This document shows, piece after piece, positions 24,283-26,450 of a stretch of DNA of 26,450 bases. How positions within the stretch are numbered: position 1 is the first letter of the stretch; each line of letters begins with the position of its first letter. Source of the DNA: a virus (lineage: Duplodnaviria > Caudoviricetes); IMG/VR virus record IMGVR_UViG_3300044513_001450, positions 1 through 26,450 of that record; one strand, written 5' to 3'. The position numbers and the translations under genes are program-made. Below the pieces are notes generated by a model. It had not been told where the DNA came from. It made no database searches and was given only the letters and a program-made list of their open reading frames with translations.

Positions 24283-26443
24283 CCCAGTCTCCTTCACCTT
24301 GCCACTCGTATTTAAAACTAAAATCAATATTGCGTACACTTATAAAATCTTTTTCGTCTTGTTTAAACTTTTCAAAGTCGTAAGCATTATACGGATCTTT
24401 AGATTTTTTATCTGGGTCACCTTTCCATGCAAGTTTACGTGCTCTAATAACTGCATTACTATTATCTCTTGTAAAATCCATAATACTCCAAATAGGGCTC
24501 GAAGGATCTGGACTCATTACCATTGCACCATTTTCAATCCAATACTTGTCTTCCCAATCAGTGTATTCATCTTGTTGATAATCCCAGTTAAACTTAGCAG
24601 TCCATTTGCCATCATCGTCGATTTTAAATATATAATCGGCATCCAACGGAGCAGCATTACGCTCTCCCCATTCTTCATATTCCCAATCCTTGCGAAACTT
24701 TAAATGTAGTCTGTATGCGCCTTTTGTACGCCATACTATTCTTAAAAATGGCCAAATCTCATTTACCAAACTATCAGCAAAGTTACTAATGCCCGGCTTA
24801 ATAATATTGTAATCAAAGTCATCATAGTCGTATTCAATATCAAACTCGTTGTCAGGATTATCAAACTTGATATTATAATGAAACTTGGCCAAGTTAGGAC
24901 GGGTTGGTTTGCTGCAAACCTTTTCTGTTTTCAACAAGTCTGTAAAGATACTAAAAGATTTCATACGTATCAACTTGTGTACAATACTCATTTTATAATC
25001 TTTTGTAATCCAATGATCATAATAGTAAAACGGTGACAGATTAAACTTGTCAAAGTTTTGTCCTACAATAGTATCTACACCAACACTAAATCCAGTACCT
25101 TGACTAATAGCAATAAGTCCTTGATTGCGTACTCTATACAGAAAAGTAAGAGTGTCCTCAAGTTCTTTTTGTCCTTCGTTAGGATAACCTACAATCCAGT
25201 TGGTCATTGCATCAATGCCTGCTGCATATCCGTCTCTAAAGTTAGCTTCCATTTCTGGCACTGTGACTTTTTTATCCATAGCATCTAACACAACTTGACT
25301 GCCGCTTTCAATGCCGTAGTTTAATACTTCGCAGCCGCCGGCTTTTAGATCTTTGTAGTATTCGGCATCCATTCTGCCATCGCATCTACAATAGCCTGTC
25401 CAATGTATGTCAAGTTCTTTTTCAGCAACACCTTTTACAAACCCACGCAGTTCATTTAGATTGCCGTTCACCAAGCTATCAATAAACCAAAATACATTAG
25501 TACCGTGTTCGTAATACATGTGTTCAATCTCATTGAGTGTGCTTAGAGCATTACGTTGTCTGTATTTCCAAAAGTGTGTTTCCTCACAGAATGTACATTT
25601 GGCTATACACCCTCTTGATATTTCACATAGCGCACCATTTGGAAACTTGTATTTGCTAAAGTCAAAGTCGCTGTAATCAGGCAGTGGCAATGTACTTAGA
25701 TTATAACGCTGATTTTCAGGTTGTCTAATAATCATACTTTTTTCTTTTTCAGTATATTGAATACCTTGTTTGCTTTCTATACTTGCTAGTGCAAGCAACA
25801 ACGGCTGCTCACCTTCACCATTTACAATGTAATCAAATAAGTCATCACCTTTGTAATAACTAGCATGAGTGCTTGGTCCACCTACCATTATAGTAACATC
25901 GGGCAAACGTTTCTTTAGTTGTTCAGCTACATACTTTGTAGGTGCTTCGTTGCAATAGTATAATGTAAAGCCAACTACATCTGGTGCAAACTCAACTATC
26001 TCGTTAATCTTTTCATCTAGTGTAGGTTTTAAGTGTGGATGAATATCCTTGAAATAATGCTCCGGCAACCAATGCCAATCACGCAATGGATCCCAAGGAT
26101 CAAAATCAATAGGCCATTTTTCATTGTGAAATCTGTTAAAGGCTTCTACATTTATATCAAAACTTTTACAGGCATACCCTGCACGTTTTACAGCACTAGC
26201 AAGTTTTGCTGTATTGTAAGGTGGAAAACTAGGATCCCATTCTGGCAGCAAACACATACACAGTCTAGTCTGTCTATTGACTTTGTATTCTATTTCAAGA
26301 TTTTCCAAACCCTTTTGTACAGGTTTGCTGTACTTTGCAATAGCAGCAAGGGTAGCAGTGTGTTTATCTTCAGCTAATGTACCTGTTGGTTTTACAGGTA
26401 TTTCTCTGTTTGGATCTACTTCTCTCTTTTCAAAAAAACCCAT
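24275..26443 (-). CDS. B12-binding-domain radical SAM protein (class B methyltransferase-like) with long C-terminal extension; start may lie beyond the window edge
   Basis: PPYNTAKLASAV, PDVVGFT, VGGP, GEGE, LPLPDY, SRGCIAKCTFC, GIESGSQ.VL..M.K and IVGYP.E. ATG at 26443 (MGFFEKR); the frame is open to the edge. Confidence 0.9.
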   Translation of the reverse strand: MGFFEKREVDPNREIPVKPTGTLAEDKHTATLAAIAKYSKPVQKGLENLEIEYKVNRQTRLCMCLLPEWDPSFPPYNTAKLASAVKRAGYACKSFDINVEAFNRFHNEKWPIDFDPWDPLRDWHWLPEHYFKDIHPHLKPTLDEKINEIVEFAPDVVGFTLYYCNEAPTKYVAEQLKKRLPDVTIMVGGPSTHASYYKGDDLFDYIVNGEGEQPLLLALASIESKQGIQYTEKEKSMIIRQPENQRYNLSTLPLPDYSDFDFSKYKFPNGALCEISRGCIAKCTFCEETHFWKYRQRNALSTLNEIEHMYYEHGTNVFWFIDSLVNGNLNELRGFVKGVAEKELDIHWTGYCRCDGRMDAEYYKDLKAGGCEVLNYGIESGSQVVLDAMDKKVTVPEMEANFRDGYAAGIDAMTNWIVGYPNEGQKELEDTLTFLYRVRNQGLIAISQGTGFSVGVDTIVGQNFDKFNLSPFYYYDHWITKDYKMSIVHKLIRMKSFSIFTDLLKTEKVCSKPTRPNLAKFHYNIKFDNPDNEFDIEYDYDDFDYNIIKPGISNFADSLVNEIWPFLRIVWRTKGAYRLHLKFRKDWEYEEWGERNAAPLDADYIFKIDDDGKWTAKFNWDYQQDEYTDWEDKYWIENGAMVMSPDPSSPIWSIMDFTRDNSNAVIRARKLAWKGDPDKKSKDPYNAYDFEKFKQDEKDFISVRNIDFSFKYEWQGEGDWGE

Positions 26444-26450
26444 TACCAAA

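Noticed and set aside
20779-24339. ORF-track starts at 24339, 22191 and 20800
   Set aside because: Downstream starts (24282 GTG, 22116 ATG, 20782 TTG) give shorter overlaps, and two of them have clear SD sequences.
13041-26377. Plus-strand and alternate-frame ORFs over the ligase, radical SAM and other genes
   Set aside because: They lie within or across well-supported genes and show no recognisable motifs.
1-26450. CRISPR array, tRNA, rRNA, transposase or stop-codon reassignment
   Set aside because: No regularly spaced repeats, cloverleaf or transposase motifs were seen, intergenic gaps are very short, and genes are full length in the standard code.

Overview
A gene-dense, AT-rich segment of a large tailed phage genome with T4-like myovirus features, coded almost entirely on the minus strand. 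Read in transcription order (right to left) it holds five blocks. (1) A tightly coupled modification-type cluster (17691-26443): a B12-binding radical SAM enzyme, three SPASM/twitch-type radical SAM enzymes, three SGNH-like proteins and a degenerate adenylation-like protein. (2) A sigma70-promoter operon with a metallophosphoesterase, an ATP-dependent DNA ligase and small ORFs. (3) A basic 398-aa protein and a pair of membrane proteins. (4) A QueD/PTPS-family gene with a structured preQ1-class-I-like leader, then a glycosyltransferase, UV damage endonuclease (UvsE), small ORFs and a fourth SGNH-like gene. (5) An IscA/HesB Fe-S carrier directly ahead of a 2360-aa baseplate/tail-fibre protein and two more structural genes. 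Four near-consensus sigma70 promoters and several T4-late-like (A)TAAATA boxes are visible. The best novelty candidates are the putative phage riboswitch on a variant queD and the radical SAM/SGNH cluster. All family assignments come from motif recognition by eye; no database search was run.
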